In this document: positions 1 to 11,600 of the stretch, piece by piece | Numbering within the stretch: the stretch's first letter is position 1 | Layout of the letters: every line of letters begins with the position of its first letter | From: an uncultured Spirochaetales bacterium | Lineage (GTDB): Bacteria > Spirochaetota > Spirochaetia > Sphaerochaetales > Sphaerochaetaceae | Assembly (NCBI GenBank): GCA_944392695.1 | Contig: CALXXN010000003.1 | Span: 48,617 to 112,616 of the forward strand | Reading direction: 5' to 3' | DNA length: 64,000 nucleotides | Notes under the pieces: model-generated | What the model was told of the DNA's origin: nothing | Seen by the model: the letters and a program-made list of their open reading frames with translations, nothing else | Database searches by the model: none | Program-made: the position numbers and the translations under genes

Positions 1-866
1 GTTCATCGAAGTGTATACGAAGCCTTCGATGTTCTGTGAGGCTGTGTTGCCAGCGACGACAGTTGAACCAAAGGAGTTGACGGTGCTCTGGATCAGGACG
101 TTCGAGATGCTGAAAAGGGCTCCCTGGATGCCAGCTGGTATGCCAATGCGCAGGATCTGCATCAGCATGCCTCCCTTGATCCTCAACCGGCCCAGGTGGA
201 GCTGGTAGGACGCCCCCTTGCTCTTCATCATGCTGCGAACGACGAGGAAGGCGGAAATATACTGGCTGACGACTGTGGCGATTGCGACACCTGCCACACC
301 CATGCCGAATCCAATGACGAAGAAGAGGTTCAGGAAGACATTGACCACTCCTGAGATGAACAGGAAGGCCAGTGGCCTCTTGGTGTCGCCTATGGCACGC
401 AGTATCGAGGCTCCGAAGTTGTAGGCGAGCATGGCAGGCATGCCGAGGAAGACTATCCTCATGTACAGCACAGCCTGGTCTAGAACGTCGTCTGGTGTGC
501 CCATCAGTGAAAGCATCGGGCTTGCAAGGGCGAGTCCGATCACGACGAGGATGAGTCCTGAGATCACTGACAGGAGCATTGATGTATGTACCAGCTCGTC
601 TATCCTTTCATTCAACTTGGCGCCGTTGAAACGAGCCATCAGGACGCCGGTTCCTACAGAGAGGCCTAGGAAGATGTTGACAATCAGGTTGTTCAGGCTT
701 GTCGTCGAACCTACAGCCGCCATGGCGGTGTGTCCTGTGAACTGGCCGACTACGACGATGTCGGCTGCATTGAACAGGAGCTGCAGGATGCCTGAAAGCA
801 TCAAGGGTACTGCGAATTGGATGATCTTCGGCACAAGAGGGCCGGAGCACATGTCGATCTCATAGG
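1..866 (-). CDS. MATE family efflux transporter, N-terminal part only (gene runs off the left edge of the window)
   Basis: Absent from the ORF track because no stop lies in the window. My manual minus-strand translation from GTG at 866 (GGAGGAAG about 5 nt upstream) gives VAKSYEIDMCSGPLVPKIIQFAVPLMLSGILQLLFNAADIVVVGQFTG... The frame stays open to position 1 and has a multi-TM MatE-like composition. An in-frame TAG at 899-897 bounds the start. ATG at 842 is an alternative start. Confidence 0.7.
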
Positions 867-978
867 ACTTGGCCACGTCTCTTCCTCCACGCGCCGCATC
901 ATATCCCTAAGTAACAAGTGTGAAAAGAAGGGGCGGCAGCATGTCGCCACCGCCCCGTAGTCATCAATGGATGAAGGC

Positions 979-3642
979 TCAGGCAGCCTTGTTCTTCTTG
1001 ATGGCCCTCTGGATGAGCTTCTGGATCTCAACGATTGGGATGATCAGGAAGGCCATGCCAAGTGCGATCAGGAACTCAGTGATCGAGATGTGCGTGAAGC
1101 TGAAGGCATCCCTGAGGAAGGGGATGTAGAGCACGCAGACCGTCAGGACCAGGGATCCAAGCAGGGAGTAGAGCAGGTACTTGTTCTGTCCCTTGATGTG
1201 GAAGATCGACTTGTCGAGCGAGCGCATGTTCAGCGAGTGGAACATCTCAGCCATAGAGAGGGTGAGGAAGGCCATTGTCATGCCATCCTCGCTTGTGACG
1301 ATGTGGAAGGCGCCGTTCTCGATGTACTCACCGATGAAGTAGCTGATCAGGGTGATGATCGAGACTGCGAAGCCCTGGATGAAGCAGTTGACACCAAGTC
1401 CACCGGCGAAGATGCCCTCGTCCTTGGGCCTTGGCTTCCTCTTCATGATGTCCGGGTCTCCCTTCTCCATGCCAAGACCGATTGCAGGGAAGCAGTCCGT
1501 GATCAGGTTGATCCACAGCAGGTGGCTTGGGCGGAGGATGGTGAAGCCCATGATCGAGGAGACGAAGATCGAGATGACCTCGGCCATGTTGCTTCCGAGC
1601 AGGAACTGGATGGCCTTGCGGATGTTGTCGTAAATCCTTCTTCCTTCAGCGACAGCTGTGACGATTGTCGCGAAGTTGTCATCAGCGAGGACCATGTCGG
1701 CGACGTTCTTCGTGACATCGGTACCAGTGATGCCCATGCCGACACCGATGTCGGCGTTCTTGATCGAAGGAGCGTCATTGACACCATCACCTGTCATCGC
1801 AGTGACACGGCCACGGGCCTTCCAGGCCTGGACGATGCGGACCTTGTGCTCAGGCTGGACACGGGCGTAGACAGAGTAGCGCTCGATGTTCTCGTCAAGC
1901 TGCTCGTCGCTCATCTTGTCCAGGTCGGCACCCGTAAGCGCCTCGTCGGCGGACTGGATGATGCCAAGCTCCTTGGCGATGGCGACAGCCGTATCCTTGT
2001 GGTCGCCAGTGATCATGACGACGTGGATGCCGGAATGCTTGCATTCCTCGACTGCGACCTTGACCTCGGGACGGACAGGGTCGATCATGCCGACCAGGCC
2101 GATGAAGACGAGTTCCTGCTCAAGGAAGGATGCCTCGCTGGATGATGGCATGCTGTCCCAGCTGCGGTAGGCAGAGGCGAGGACACGCAGCGCCTTGTCG
2201 GCGAAGGCCTTGTTGTGTGAAAGGACATCTTCCTTCATCTCGTCGGTCATGTCGACGACCTGGCCTGAGACAAGCATCTTCGTGCACTTCTTCAGCACTT
2301 CATCAGGAGCACCCTTTGTGTACTGGATGAAGTCGGATCCGCCATTGTTGACATGGACTGTCGACATCATCTTGCGTGATGAGTCGAAGGGGGCCTCTGT
2401 GACACGCTTCCAGGCACCTTCCTCAAGATTGTTCTTGTTGATGGAGAGCTTGTAGGCGTAGTTGACCAAGGCGCACTCGGTGGGCTCACCGATGGCGTTG
2501 CCGCTCTCATCGAGCTTGCTGTCTGAGCAGAGTGCCATGGAGCGGGCGAGGAGCTCCTCGTCATCACCCCAGTGGTCAACAACTGTCATCTTGTTCTGGG
2601 TCAGGGTGCCTGTCTTATCAGAGCAGATGACCTGGGTGCAGCCGAGTGTCTCGACGGCGGTCAGCTTGCGGATGATCGCATTGTTGCGGCTCATCTTCGT
2701 GACGCCGATCGAGAGGACGATCGTGACAACGGCGGCCAGGCCTTCAGGGATGGCGGCGACAGCCAGCGAGATGGCGACCATGAAGGTATCGAGTATGCCG
2801 GCGAAATGGATATCTCCTGCAAGACCCATGCGGAGCAGGTCTATTGCGAAGATCACGACACAGATCGCGAGGACCAGGATCGTCAGGATCTTGCTGAGCT
2901 GGTTCATCTTGATCTGCAGCGGTGTCAACTCTTCCTTCGCATCCTGGATCGCACTGGCGATCTTTCCCATCTCAGTATCCATGCCGGTGCCTGAAATGAC
3001 AGCCTTGCCACGGCCATAGACGACTGTGGATCCCATGTAGACCATGTTGCGGCGGTCACCAAGTGGGACATCATCGGATCCTGATGTGGTGAGGGCTTCG
3101 ACCTTCTTGTCGACTGGTACCGACTCACCTGTGAGAGCGGCTTCCTCGACCTTCATCGAGGCGCATTCGATTATGCGTCCATCTGCAGGGACGGCATCTC
3201 CTGCCTCAAGGACGACGATGTCGCCAGGGACGAGCTCTGTGGAATGGACTGTGACCTGGTGGCCATCCCTGATGACCTTGCTTGTCGCAGCGCTCATCTG
3301 CTGCAGGGCCTCGATGGCCTTCTCAGCCTTGCTCTCCTGGACGACACCAAGGATCGCATTCAACAGGACGACGATGAGGATGATCACAGCATCTGTGAAC
3401 TCCACCTCGCCGGAAGCGGCGCTTGTGATGACGCTGAGCACGGCAGCGATCATCAGTATGATCAGCATCGGCTCCTTCAACTCGTCGAAGAACTTCTTTA
3501 CCAGGGAATCCTTCTTCGCCTCAGCCAGCTTGTTGGGACCTTTCTGGGCCAGCCTCGAAGCGGCTTCTGACGACGAAAGACCGCTGACAGAGCTCTTCTG
3601 CTCTTCGAGCACCTCTTCAAACGGTGAGAGGTATTCTTTCAT
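979..3642 (-). CDS. Cation-translocating P-type ATPase, type II (Ca2+-ATPase-like)
   Basis: 887-aa ORF. Phosphorylation motif ICSDKTGTLTQNKMTV, hinge motifs MITGDHKDTA and TGDGVNDAPSIKNADIGVGMG, and an N-terminal cation-ATPase region (SGLSSSEAASRLAQKGPNKL). AGGAGGA RBS upstream of the ATG. Confidence 0.9.
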   Translation of the reverse strand: MKEYLSPFEEVLEEQKSSVSGLSSSEAASRLAQKGPNKLAEAKKDSLVKKFFDELKEPMLIILMIAAVLSVITSAASGEVEFTDAVIILIVVLLNAILGVVQESKAEKAIEALQQMSAATSKVIRDGHQVTVHSTELVPGDIVVLEAGDAVPADGRIIECASMKVEEAALTGESVPVDKKVEALTTSGSDDVPLGDRRNMVYMGSTVVYGRGKAVISGTGMDTEMGKIASAIQDAKEELTPLQIKMNQLSKILTILVLAICVVIFAIDLLRMGLAGDIHFAGILDTFMVAISLAVAAIPEGLAAVVTIVLSIGVTKMSRNNAIIRKLTAVETLGCTQVICSDKTGTLTQNKMTVVDHWGDDEELLARSMALCSDSKLDESGNAIGEPTECALVNYAYKLSINKNNLEEGAWKRVTEAPFDSSRKMMSTVHVNNGGSDFIQYTKGAPDEVLKKCTKMLVSGQVVDMTDEMKEDVLSHNKAFADKALRVLASAYRSWDSMPSSSEASFLEQELVFIGLVGMIDPVRPEVKVAVEECKHSGIHVVMITGDHKDTAVAIAKELGIIQSADEALTGADLDKMSDEQLDENIERYSVYARVQPEHKVRIVQAWKARGRVTAMTGDGVNDAPSIKNADIGVGMGITGTDVTKNVADMVLADDNFATIVTAVAEGRRIYDNIRKAIQFLLGSNMAEVISIFVSSIMGFTILRPSHLLWINLITDCFPAIGLGMEKGDPDIMKRKPRPKDEGIFAGGLGVNCFIQGFAVSIITLISYFIGEYIENGAFHIVTSEDGMTMAFLTLSMAEMFHSLNMRSLDKSIFHIKGQNKYLLYSLLGSLVLTVCVLYIPFLRDAFSFTHISITEFLIALGMAFLIIPIVEIQKLIQRAIKKNKAA

Positions 3643-3855
3643 CGCTATTTATCCTCCTAGTGGGAACGTGTTCTCCAGCAATATATTACATATATGCATG
3701 GATAGTCATCAGGTGGAGGCGGTGGGAAGCACGTCTTTCCGTCCGCCATGCAACCAGCCTTGACCGCGACAAGCATATGCATGAGGGACGGAAAAGTCAT
3801 TGCACAATGTGGTGACAGTGTCGTGTTTTTGGACACTGTCGTAAAATTGTAGTGA

Positions 3856-4392
3856 TCAGGAGCGCAGGAAGGCGACTGTGTTCTTCATGTTCGCTTCCAC
3901 GAGGTCTGCAAGCCTGGCGAAGCGGTCAGTGGGTTGCATGCCATGGTCGATCCATTCGAGTATGATCTCGCTGGTCGTAAGCGTGGTGATCTGGATGACG
4001 GTGTCCCTGTCTCCCTGGCCCAGCCCCTCGGCCTGGGCTCCTACCGTCTGGCTCATCATAGGTGAGAGCACGTCCCTCAACAGGCGCCTGACATCAGTCA
4101 TGTCGCTGTCATGGTGCATGTTCATGATCTGTGTGCGGTGCTGGATCATGTGGTCGCAGATCTTCATCATGCAATTCGAGAAGTCGGTCTCATCTCCAAT
4201 CACCTCACGTATGGCCTCCGTGCCAATCCATGTGACAAGGTCATAGACATCCCTGAAATGGTAATAGAAGGTCTGCCTGTTGATGCCAGCCCTGTCAGTG
4301 ATGTCCTTCACTGTGATCTTGCTGAAGGCTTTCTCATCAATCAAGGCGGTGTAGGCGTTGGCAATGGCCATCTTGGTCAGTTTCCCAGACAT
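3856..4392 (-). CDS. TetR/AcrR family transcriptional regulator
   Basis: 178-aa ORF. N-terminal HTH typical of TetR (FSKITVKDITDRAGINRQTFYYHFRDVYDL) and a helical C-terminal half. Confidence 0.8.
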   Translation of the reverse strand: MSGKLTKMAIANAYTALIDEKAFSKITVKDITDRAGINRQTFYYHFRDVYDLVTWIGTEAIREVIGDETDFSNCMMKICDHMIQHRTQIMNMHHDSDMTDVRRLLRDVLSPMMSQTVGAQAEGLGQGDRDTVIQITTLTTSEIILEWIDHGMQPTDRFARLADLVEANMKNTVAFLRS

Positions 4393-4448
4393 GGCACCAT
4401 CTTAACCCATCGCCCGGCATTCACACAGCCCCACCTTTTGGATAAAAT

Positions 4449-4760
4449 GTGCACATGCTTTGCGATGTCATCGGTAACATGGGCCGCTACAAGGGGCTTT
4501 CCGCCCAGCTTGGGAGCTTGAAGGGCCTGCTCTGCCATGAGGCCACTGCGATGGACAGCTTTGATTGCAACACCCGCTGGTGCACGCTTTTCGTCGTCGA
4601 GGAAGGCAGCTGCCTATTCGCGACAGGTTGGCGGGAGAGCGCCGCGCCTGATGCTATCGCAGCGCTCAAGGTGGAGGCAGGTGGCTTCGTCCTCTTCCTC
4701 CCTGGAGAGAAGTTCCTGGTCCGTCCCTCAGGCAGGGTCAGGGCCTATGACCTGGAGTAG
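4449..4760 (+). CDS. Hypothetical small protein (possibly cupin-like); N-terminus uncertain
   Basis: 103-aa ORF whose stop lies 2 nt before the ispG ATG, which suggests coupling. The C-terminal part (TLFVVEEGSCLF...GGFVLFLPGEKFLVRPSG) looks beta-rich. An alternative start is ATG 4551 (69 aa). I recognised no diagnostic motif. Confidence 0.3.
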   Translation: MHMLCDVIGNMGRYKGLSAQLGSLKGLLCHEATAMDSFDCNTRWCTLFVVEEGSCLFATGWRESAAPDAIAALKVEAGGFVLFLPGEKFLVRPSGRVRAYDLE

Positions 4761-4762
4761 TC

Positions 4763-5800
4763 ATGTTCAGTAAGAAGACAGCTCTTGTGGGCGGCCTCAG
4801 GATCGGAGGCGACGCCCCCGTGGCCGTTCAGACCATGTATGACAGCCAGATCGCCACATGCGACACCGATGCCGTGCTTCACCGCATAAGCGTCCTCAAG
4901 GCGATGGGCTGTGACCTCATCCGCTTCTCCTATGTCTCGTCTGATGACAGGCAGTCCTTTGAGAAGATCTGCACCTCATCACCGATGCCCATAGTCGCGG
5001 ACATCCATTTCGACTACCGTCTGGCCCTTGAGGCCTTGGACGCTGGTGCTGCAAAGGTCCGCATCAACCCAGGCAACATCGGAGCGAAGTGGAAGACGGA
5101 AGAGGTCGTGAAGGCGGCCTTGGACCATGGGGCCGCGATCAGGATAGGCCTTAACAACGGCTCCCTCCCCCGTGGGGTGGACGGTACTCCTGATGTCGTC
5201 ATGGCGGACACCGCCCTCGAGTACCTTGATTGGTTCGCCTCCTGGGGCTTCGACAACACTGTTGTCTCACTCAAGTCCTCGGATATCGAGACGACGATAA
5301 AAGCAAACAAGCGCCTGGCCTCCCAGGCGGGTGTGCCTATCCACCTCGGTGTCACCGAGGCTGGTGGTACTGTATCGGCATGCATACGTTCGACCTATGC
5401 CTTCACCAGGCTCTTCGATTCCTCCATTGGTGACACGATGCGTGTCTCAATCACGGGTTCGATCGAGGACGAGGTCCATGCCGCACTCGAGATACTGCGC
5501 GCCCTCGGCCTCAGGAAGGGTGGGGTGAGGATCGTCTCCTGCCCACGCTGTGGCCGCCACAGCTTTGACAGCCAGGGCTTCCTCAAGCAGGTCGAAGCCC
5601 GCCTCCTGGCCGTGGACAAGTCAATCACGGTCGCCATAATGGGCTGCCAGGTCAATGGACCTGGGGAGGCCGGCAATGCTGATGTCGCGATCACCGGCAT
5701 TGGGCGCAATGTCTTCCTCTACCAGCATGGCAAGCTCCTGACAGATGTCGCCTTGGAGGATGCCGAGGAGGAGCTTTTCAAGCTGATCGAGGAGCTATGA
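4763..5800 (+). CDS. ispG: 4-hydroxy-3-methylbut-2-en-1-yl diphosphate synthase (IspG/GcpE)
   Basis: 345 aa. TIM-barrel N-terminal part ([18 protein letters not shown]) and a C-terminal 4Fe-4S domain with [10 protein letters not shown] and [11 protein letters not shown]. Confidence 0.95.
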   Translation: MFSKKTALVGGLRIGGDAPVAVQTMYDSQIATCDTDAVLHRISVLKAMGCDLIRFSYVSSDDRQSFEKICTSSPMPIVADIHFDYRLALEALDAGAAKVRINPGNIGAKWKTEEVVKAALDHGAAIRIGLNNGSLPRGVDGTPDVVMADTALEYLDWFASWGFDNTVVSLKSSDIETTIKANKRLASQAGVPIHLGVTEAGGTVSACIRSTYAFTRLFDSSIGDTMRVSITGSIEDEVHAALEILRALGLRKGGVRIVSCPRCGRHSFDSQGFLKQVEARLLAVDKSITVAIMGCQVNGPGEAGNADVAITGIGRNVFLYQHGKLLTDVALEDAEEELFKLIEEL

Positions 5801-8622
5801 AGGACCAGATCGTCATAAAGGGTGCCCGTGAGCACAACCTGAAGAACATAGACATCACACTGCCCAAGGACAGCCTCGTAGTCATCACAGGCCTGTCGGG
5901 GTCCGGCAAGTCATCGCTGGCCTTCGACACGATCTTCGCCGAAGGCCAGAGGCGTTACATGGAGTCGCTTTCCTCCTATGCCAGGCAGTTCCTGGGACGG
6001 ATGGAGAAGCCTGATGTCGATTCGATCGAGGGGCTGTCCCCGTCGATCGCGATTGAGCAGCGCTCGACCCAGCGCAACCCGCGCTCAACCGTCGGTACGA
6101 TCACCGAGATCTACGATTACTACCGCCTGCTCTATGCCAGGATAGGCCATGTGCACTGCCCAAAATGTGGTCGTGAGATCTCCACGATGTCGGTCGACCA
6201 GGTCATAGACAGCATATTCAAGCACGAGGAGGATGGGCGTCTTGTCATACTCGCCCCCATCGCGATGGGGCGCAAGGGTGAGTTCAAAAAAGTCTTCACC
6301 GATGCCTATCAGGCCGGTTACAGCCGTGTAGTCGTCGATGGACGTACCCTGATGCTTCCTGATGAGATGCCCGCCTTGGACAAGAAGGCCAAGCATGACA
6401 TCTCGATTGTCGTGGACCGCCTGATCCTCCGACGCTCGGACCGCCAGCGCCTTGCCGACTCGATTGAACGTGCCTTCTCGATGAGCGAGGGCCTTGTCGA
6501 GGTCGAGTATGTCAGTGAGGGCAGGAAGGATTTCTTCAGCGAGCGCAACTCCTGTCCGACCTGTGGCATCACGGTGCCCGACCTGGAGCCCAGGCTCTTC
6601 TCCTTCAACAACCCCTTTGGCGCCTGCCCTGAGTGCAATGGTCTTGGGATCAAGAGCGAGTTCGACATACACAAGATCATCCCCGACCCGGCGAAGAGTT
6701 ACAACGAACGTGGCATCGTGACCCATGGCCCTGACGCCAAGGTGTCCCATGCCTGGATCACAGCCCTGGCCAAGGCCTATGACTTCTCCTTGGACACGCC
6801 GCTTTGCGATTGGCCCAAGGAAGCCAAGCATGTCCTGTTGAAGGGTGGCGGCAAGCTCTTGGATGTGAAGTATGAGAACAGGAACGGGACGCACAGCATG
6901 TCGCGCAAGGCCCAGTATCCAGGCATACTCGTCGAGCTGGAGCGCCGCTACATGGAGACGACCTCCTTCGCTGTGAAGTGGTCGCTTGAACAGTTGCGCT
7001 TCTCCCATGAGTGCCCTGCCTGCCATGGGCGCCGCCTACGTCCAGAGGCCCTTGCCGTCAAGGTCGGTGGCATCGACATCTGGGAGCTTTCCAGCAAGTC
7101 TGTCAAGGACACGGTCGCTTTCTTCAATGAGCTGCAGCTCACGCCTGTAGAGGAGGAGATCAGCCATCAGATCCTCAAGGAGATCAGGAGCCGCCTTGCC
7201 TTCTTGATGAACGTAGGACTGTCCTACCTGACGCTCTCGCGCCCTGCGGCGACACTCTCTGGAGGAGAGGCCCAGCGCATCAGGCTCGCCACACAGGTCG
7301 GATCCGCCCTGACTGGTGTCCTCTACGTCCTTGACGAACCTTCGATTGGATTGCACCAGAGGGACAACAACAAGCTGATTGATACGCTCAAGGGCCTGAG
7401 GGACCTTGGCAACACTGTCATCGTCGTCGAGCATGACGAGGATACGATCCGCGCCGCGGACCATGTCGTAGACCTGGGCCCCGGGGCAGGGGAGAAGGGT
7501 GGTACCATCATGGCCCAGGGCACACCTGACGAGGTCGCACGCCACCCTGAGTCTGTCACCGGTGCCTTCCTGAGCGGACGCTTGAAGATCGATGTGCCAA
7601 AGAAGAGGCGTCCTGGCAACGGCAAGTCGATCAAGATCCTGGGTTGCAACAAGAACAACCTCAAGGACATCGATGTCGAAATCCCGCTTGGCAAGCTGGT
7701 CACGATCACCGGTGTCTCAGGGTCTGGCAAGTCCACATTGCTTAATGAAATCCTCGTCCCTGCTGTCGAGGATGCGATCACACGCAAGCGCAAGGTCGAG
7801 CTGTCTGGTTACCGCGAGGTCGTCGGCATCGAGAACATCGACAAGATCATCAACATAGACCAGAGCCCGATTGGACGCACACCACGCTCGAACCCGGCGA
7901 CTTATGTTGGTTTCTTCACGCCGATAAGGGAGCTTTTCGCCAAGCTTCCAGAGGCCAAGGCCCATGGCTTCACGGCCTCACGTTTCTCCTTCAACGTCCC
8001 AGGGGGACGCTGCGAGAACTGCCAAGGTGATGGAACGCTGAAGATCGAGATGCACTTCCTTCCTGATGTCTTCGTCACCTGCGATGTCTGTCATGGCAAG
8101 CGCTTCAACAAGGAGACACTGGCTGTCGAGTACAAGGGCAAGAACATCGCTGATGTGCTGGACATGACGGTCGCGGAGGCGGTCGAGTTCTTCGCCCCCT
8201 TCAATTCGATCCGCACGAAGCTCGAGACACTGATGAGCGTGGGCCTGGATTATATCCGGCTTGGACAGAGCGCCCTGACACTCTCTGGTGGAGAAGCCCA
8301 ACGTATAAAGCTCTCACTTGAGCTGAGCAAGCGTTCGACAGGACGTACGCTCTATGTCCTTGACGAGCCGACGACTGGACTGCACTTCGCTGATGTCAAG
8401 AAACTCCTTGAGGTCCTTGACCGCCTGGTTGATGCGGGCAACAGCGTGATCCTCATCGAACACAACCTTGATGTGATCAAGTGTTCCGACTATCTGATAG
8501 ACCTGGGGCCGGAGGGAGGCGACGGGGGAGGGCGCATTGTCACCAAAGGTACTCCAGAGGAGGTGGCTGCCGTGGAGGAAAGCCACACCGGGCGCTTCCT
8601 GAGGAGGTATCTTGCGCCATAG
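5797..8622 (+). CDS. uvrA: Excinuclease ABC subunit UvrA
   Basis: 941 aa. Starts [12 protein letters not shown]...[15 protein letters not shown], has a second Walker [11 protein letters not shown], zinc-finger Cys pairs and two LSGGEAQRI signatures. ATGA overlap with the ispG stop. Confidence 0.97.
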   Translation: MKDQIVIKGAREHNLKNIDITLPKDSLVVITGLSGSGKSSLAFDTIFAEGQRRYMESLSSYARQFLGRMEKPDVDSIEGLSPSIAIEQRSTQRNPRSTVGTITEIYDYYRLLYARIGHVHCPKCGREISTMSVDQVIDSIFKHEEDGRLVILAPIAMGRKGEFKKVFTDAYQAGYSRVVVDGRTLMLPDEMPALDKKAKHDISIVVDRLILRRSDRQRLADSIERAFSMSEGLVEVEYVSEGRKDFFSERNSCPTCGITVPDLEPRLFSFNNPFGACPECNGLGIKSEFDIHKIIPDPAKSYNERGIVTHGPDAKVSHAWITALAKAYDFSLDTPLCDWPKEAKHVLLKGGGKLLDVKYENRNGTHSMSRKAQYPGILVELERRYMETTSFAVKWSLEQLRFSHECPACHGRRLRPEALAVKVGGIDIWELSSKSVKDTVAFFNELQLTPVEEEISHQILKEIRSRLAFLMNVGLSYLTLSRPAATLSGGEAQRIRLATQVGSALTGVLYVLDEPSIGLHQRDNNKLIDTLKGLRDLGNTVIVVEHDEDTIRAADHVVDLGPGAGEKGGTIMAQGTPDEVARHPESVTGAFLSGRLKIDVPKKRRPGNGKSIKILGCNKNNLKDIDVEIPLGKLVTITGVSGSGKSTLLNEILVPAVEDAITRKRKVELSGYREVVGIENIDKIINIDQSPIGRTPRSNPATYVGFFTPIRELFAKLPEAKAHGFTASRFSFNVPGGRCENCQGDGTLKIEMHFLPDVFVTCDVCHGKRFNKETLAVEYKGKNIADVLDMTVAEAVEFFAPFNSIRTKLETLMSVGLDYIRLGQSALTLSGGEAQRIKLSLELSKRSTGRTLYVLDEPTTGLHFADVKKLLEVLDRLVDAGNSVILIEHNLDVIKCSDYLIDLGPEGGDGGGRIVTKGTPEEVAAVEESHTGRFLRRYLAP

Positions 8623-11600
8623 GCTGGGGATCCTTCTTCTCATACTGCTCTTCCTGTGCACGTTCCTGGCGGCAGCTGACGAGGCCGCCTGGTTCATCAC
8701 GAACGCAGATGAGGAGACCCTGCGCTCAATGGCCGGGGTCCGTGGCCTCGATGCATCGCTGCCGCTTGCTGACCTGAGGGAGGCCTTGCTGGCTGGCCGG
8801 GAGGCCTTCACGACAGAGGAAGCCGCCTCCACTGGGGAAGGGCCCTGGTCCCTCGAGGTCGTCAAGGCCGATGACATGGAGGTCCTGCCTTCGGGCCTGG
8901 TCTCTCTTTCTGGTGATGTCGAGGTCTCCTTCACCACTGCTGAAGGGGAGTCCCCCCTGTCGTTGATGGCGTCCAACATGCTCCTCGATCCTGTGGCGGG
9001 CAGGCTTTCAGCCTATGGTGGGGTCCGATACCGTGACAGTGCCTCAGATGCGGGCCTCCAGGAGGTCGATGCTGATATCGTCACCTATCTGTATGATTCA
9101 GGTGACCTGCTTGTCTCCGGCGGCACTACGACAAGTGAAAGGACGAACAACGAGGATGAGAGCGTCACCTTCCATACGACAGGCACACTCCTCAACTACA
9201 GGGCAGCTGATGGGGGCATGTTCTTCCAGGATGGCTACCTGACCTCCAATCCTGATACAGCCTATTCATCAATCACCGCGGACAGCATAGCCTTGCTTTC
9301 AGGCGGGGACATGTTCCTGACAGGGGCCTTCCTCTCAATTGGAAGGGTGCCTGTGCTCTACATGCCGGCCTTCTTCTTCCCAGGCAGCAGGCTTGCCTTC
9401 AACCCCGCCTTCGGCTTCAACAGCTCACGGGGTGCGTTCTTCTCAACGACATGGGAGGTCTTCGGCACCTATCCAGGCTTCGCAGAAGCCGAGATGAGTT
9501 CCTTCGCCTCCTTGCTCAGGACCTCATCTGATGAGTCCATGGTGTCCAATGGCCTTTACTATGAGCCAGGTGAGCCGGAGGGTGGGCTTGCCCGCTGGGC
9601 TGTCGACAGCGGCAGCTATCTCGCGCTCCTGTTTGATGTATACAGCTCCACAGGTTTCCTTGTCGGCTTCGACACCCTCCTCAAACCCTTCGATGGGGCG
9701 TTGACGCTCTCCTCCGAATCCTCGATCATCCTGGGCCCGGAGAACCGTTACACACTGGGCAATTGGCGCTGGTACTCATTGAACGAGGCCTCCCTTTCGA
9801 ATTCCTACGCAAGCCTTTCGTTCTCGCTTCCGATTTATTCAGACCCCTATGTCCTACGTGAGTACTCGAACAGGCTGACAAGCTTCTCAATTGATTCAAT
9901 ATTTGGTGCGAGCCAGGATTTCCCTTCGACAAGGACTTCCACTGTATCAAGTTATGATGCCTACCTCTCAGGCTCCATCAGGTTGCCAAGCCAGCTGCGT
10001 ACGGACTGGGTCTCCTCGCTCTCCTTGTCCTCCATAAGGGCAGGGGCGTCCTTCGACTGGGTGGCTGCCCGTAACGGGGAGCCAGGGCACTACGAGATCA
10101 GTGACATCACATTGCCATCCTTCAATTTCTCGATGTCAGGCCAGCTTTTCCGCTTCTCCTCTGATGGCACGCTCAGCACGGAAGAGGCTGTGGATGATGG
10201 CTGGGACATCACACAGCAGTTCGTGCTCTCGGATCCATTGCTGTACGATCTCTACGTGATCGAGCCGGAACGGGCTGCAGCCCGCTCTGCTGACGAGTAC
10301 TTCGTCTCACTTGGATACAGCGTCAGTGAGCGTTTCAGCCATGAATTCGAACTCGACATGGAGACATGGCAGGCCAGTGAGGGCCAGGTCAGCTCCAATG
10401 CCAGCGTGCGCTTCAACCTTGAAGCGGGGCTTGGCCGCTGGCTCAAGATGACAGAGACATTGACACCTGGCTACCTCTACGAATGGGACGAGGCTGATGA
10501 TGGCAGCCAGAGCCATGACTTCACCCTGCTTTCGACAAGCAATGTCTCCTTGCCCTTCATCGGCCTGGAGTATGAGTTGTCAACCTATCTATACAAGTTC
10601 TCAAGCGACTGGGATGGCAACAGCTGGAGCGAGGAGGAGGTCCTGGCCTCTTTCGACCGCGACAATGTGCGCTCCCATAGCCTGACATTCTCCCAGGGCA
10701 TCGGCTCTGTTGACAACTATGGACGGCTGACAGCTTCACTGCGCTATACGCTGCCACCGCTTTCATCCTCACTTGAACCAAGGCTTGGTTACAGGCTTGG
10801 GGGGTTCTCTGCCGCCTTCTCATGGAGGTTCGAGGAGAAGGAGGATGGCTCCTTTGACTACAGGAGCGATGATGTGGCCCTCTCTCTTGGATACACAGGC
10901 ACCCATTTCACACTGTCCTTCTCAGCGCTTTACGAGAGTGCGGACCTTGAAACGGCCACGTCCATCTGGGCACCGCTTGACCTGACGGCCTCGGCCTCTG
11001 TACGCACAGCTGACAGGCGCTGGGCACTGTCAGGCTACGTGGACTGGCAGGCCTCCTCAGGAGGGGAGGTGGACGTCTTCGATGATGTCCGGGCCGTGCT
11101 GACCATGCCTTGGCTCAGTTTCACCTGGAACATGACTACGGATGATGGGCGCTTGAGGAACGAGTACTTCCTGGTCGAGAGCGACATCGAGGACATCGGA
11201 CTCAGTTTCTGGTATGGGCGCATCCGGCTCAATGCCATACTTGATGCCAGGCTACGTTATGATTTCCTCAACCCATATTCCTCGTCCTTCAGCCTGACGA
11301 CAGGGATTGGCTTCTCAATCGCAGAGTTCCTTGACCTCAACATCTCCCTCACGACGACGAACAATGGATTCTACCGCTACATGGAGGACGGGACCTTCTC
11401 CTTCCGCTTGATGTGGGATGACCTGATGCGTTCCTTCGACTTCATCGGGGATGGGAGGCGCAACACCCAGTTCAACATGGAGAGCCTCGACCTGGAGCTC
11501 ATCCATTATATGGATGACTGGGACCTGCACCTGCGTTATACGGCGACGCTGGAGTCAAGGGGCCGGGACTACACCTGGGTCCCCACCTTTGCGATCTTCC

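Noticed and set aside
967-2145. A 392-aa plus-strand ORF, rich in Asp/Glu/Val/Leu, inside the P-type ATPase gene. Similar long antisense ORFs occur at 6085-7026, 13325-14215, 15588-16427, 38821-39492, 44193-45212 and 60898-61695.
   Set aside because: Each lies fully antisense to a gene with unmistakable conserved motifs. Their composition is the mirror-image low-complexity typical of stop-poor antisense frames in GC-rich, GC3-biased genes. I recognised no motifs in them.
3643-3855. A yybP-ykoY (Mn2+) or other known riboswitch upstream of the P-type ATPase.
   Set aside because: I could not find the conserved core sequences by eye, only generic inverted and direct repeats. These are reported as a low-interest finding instead.
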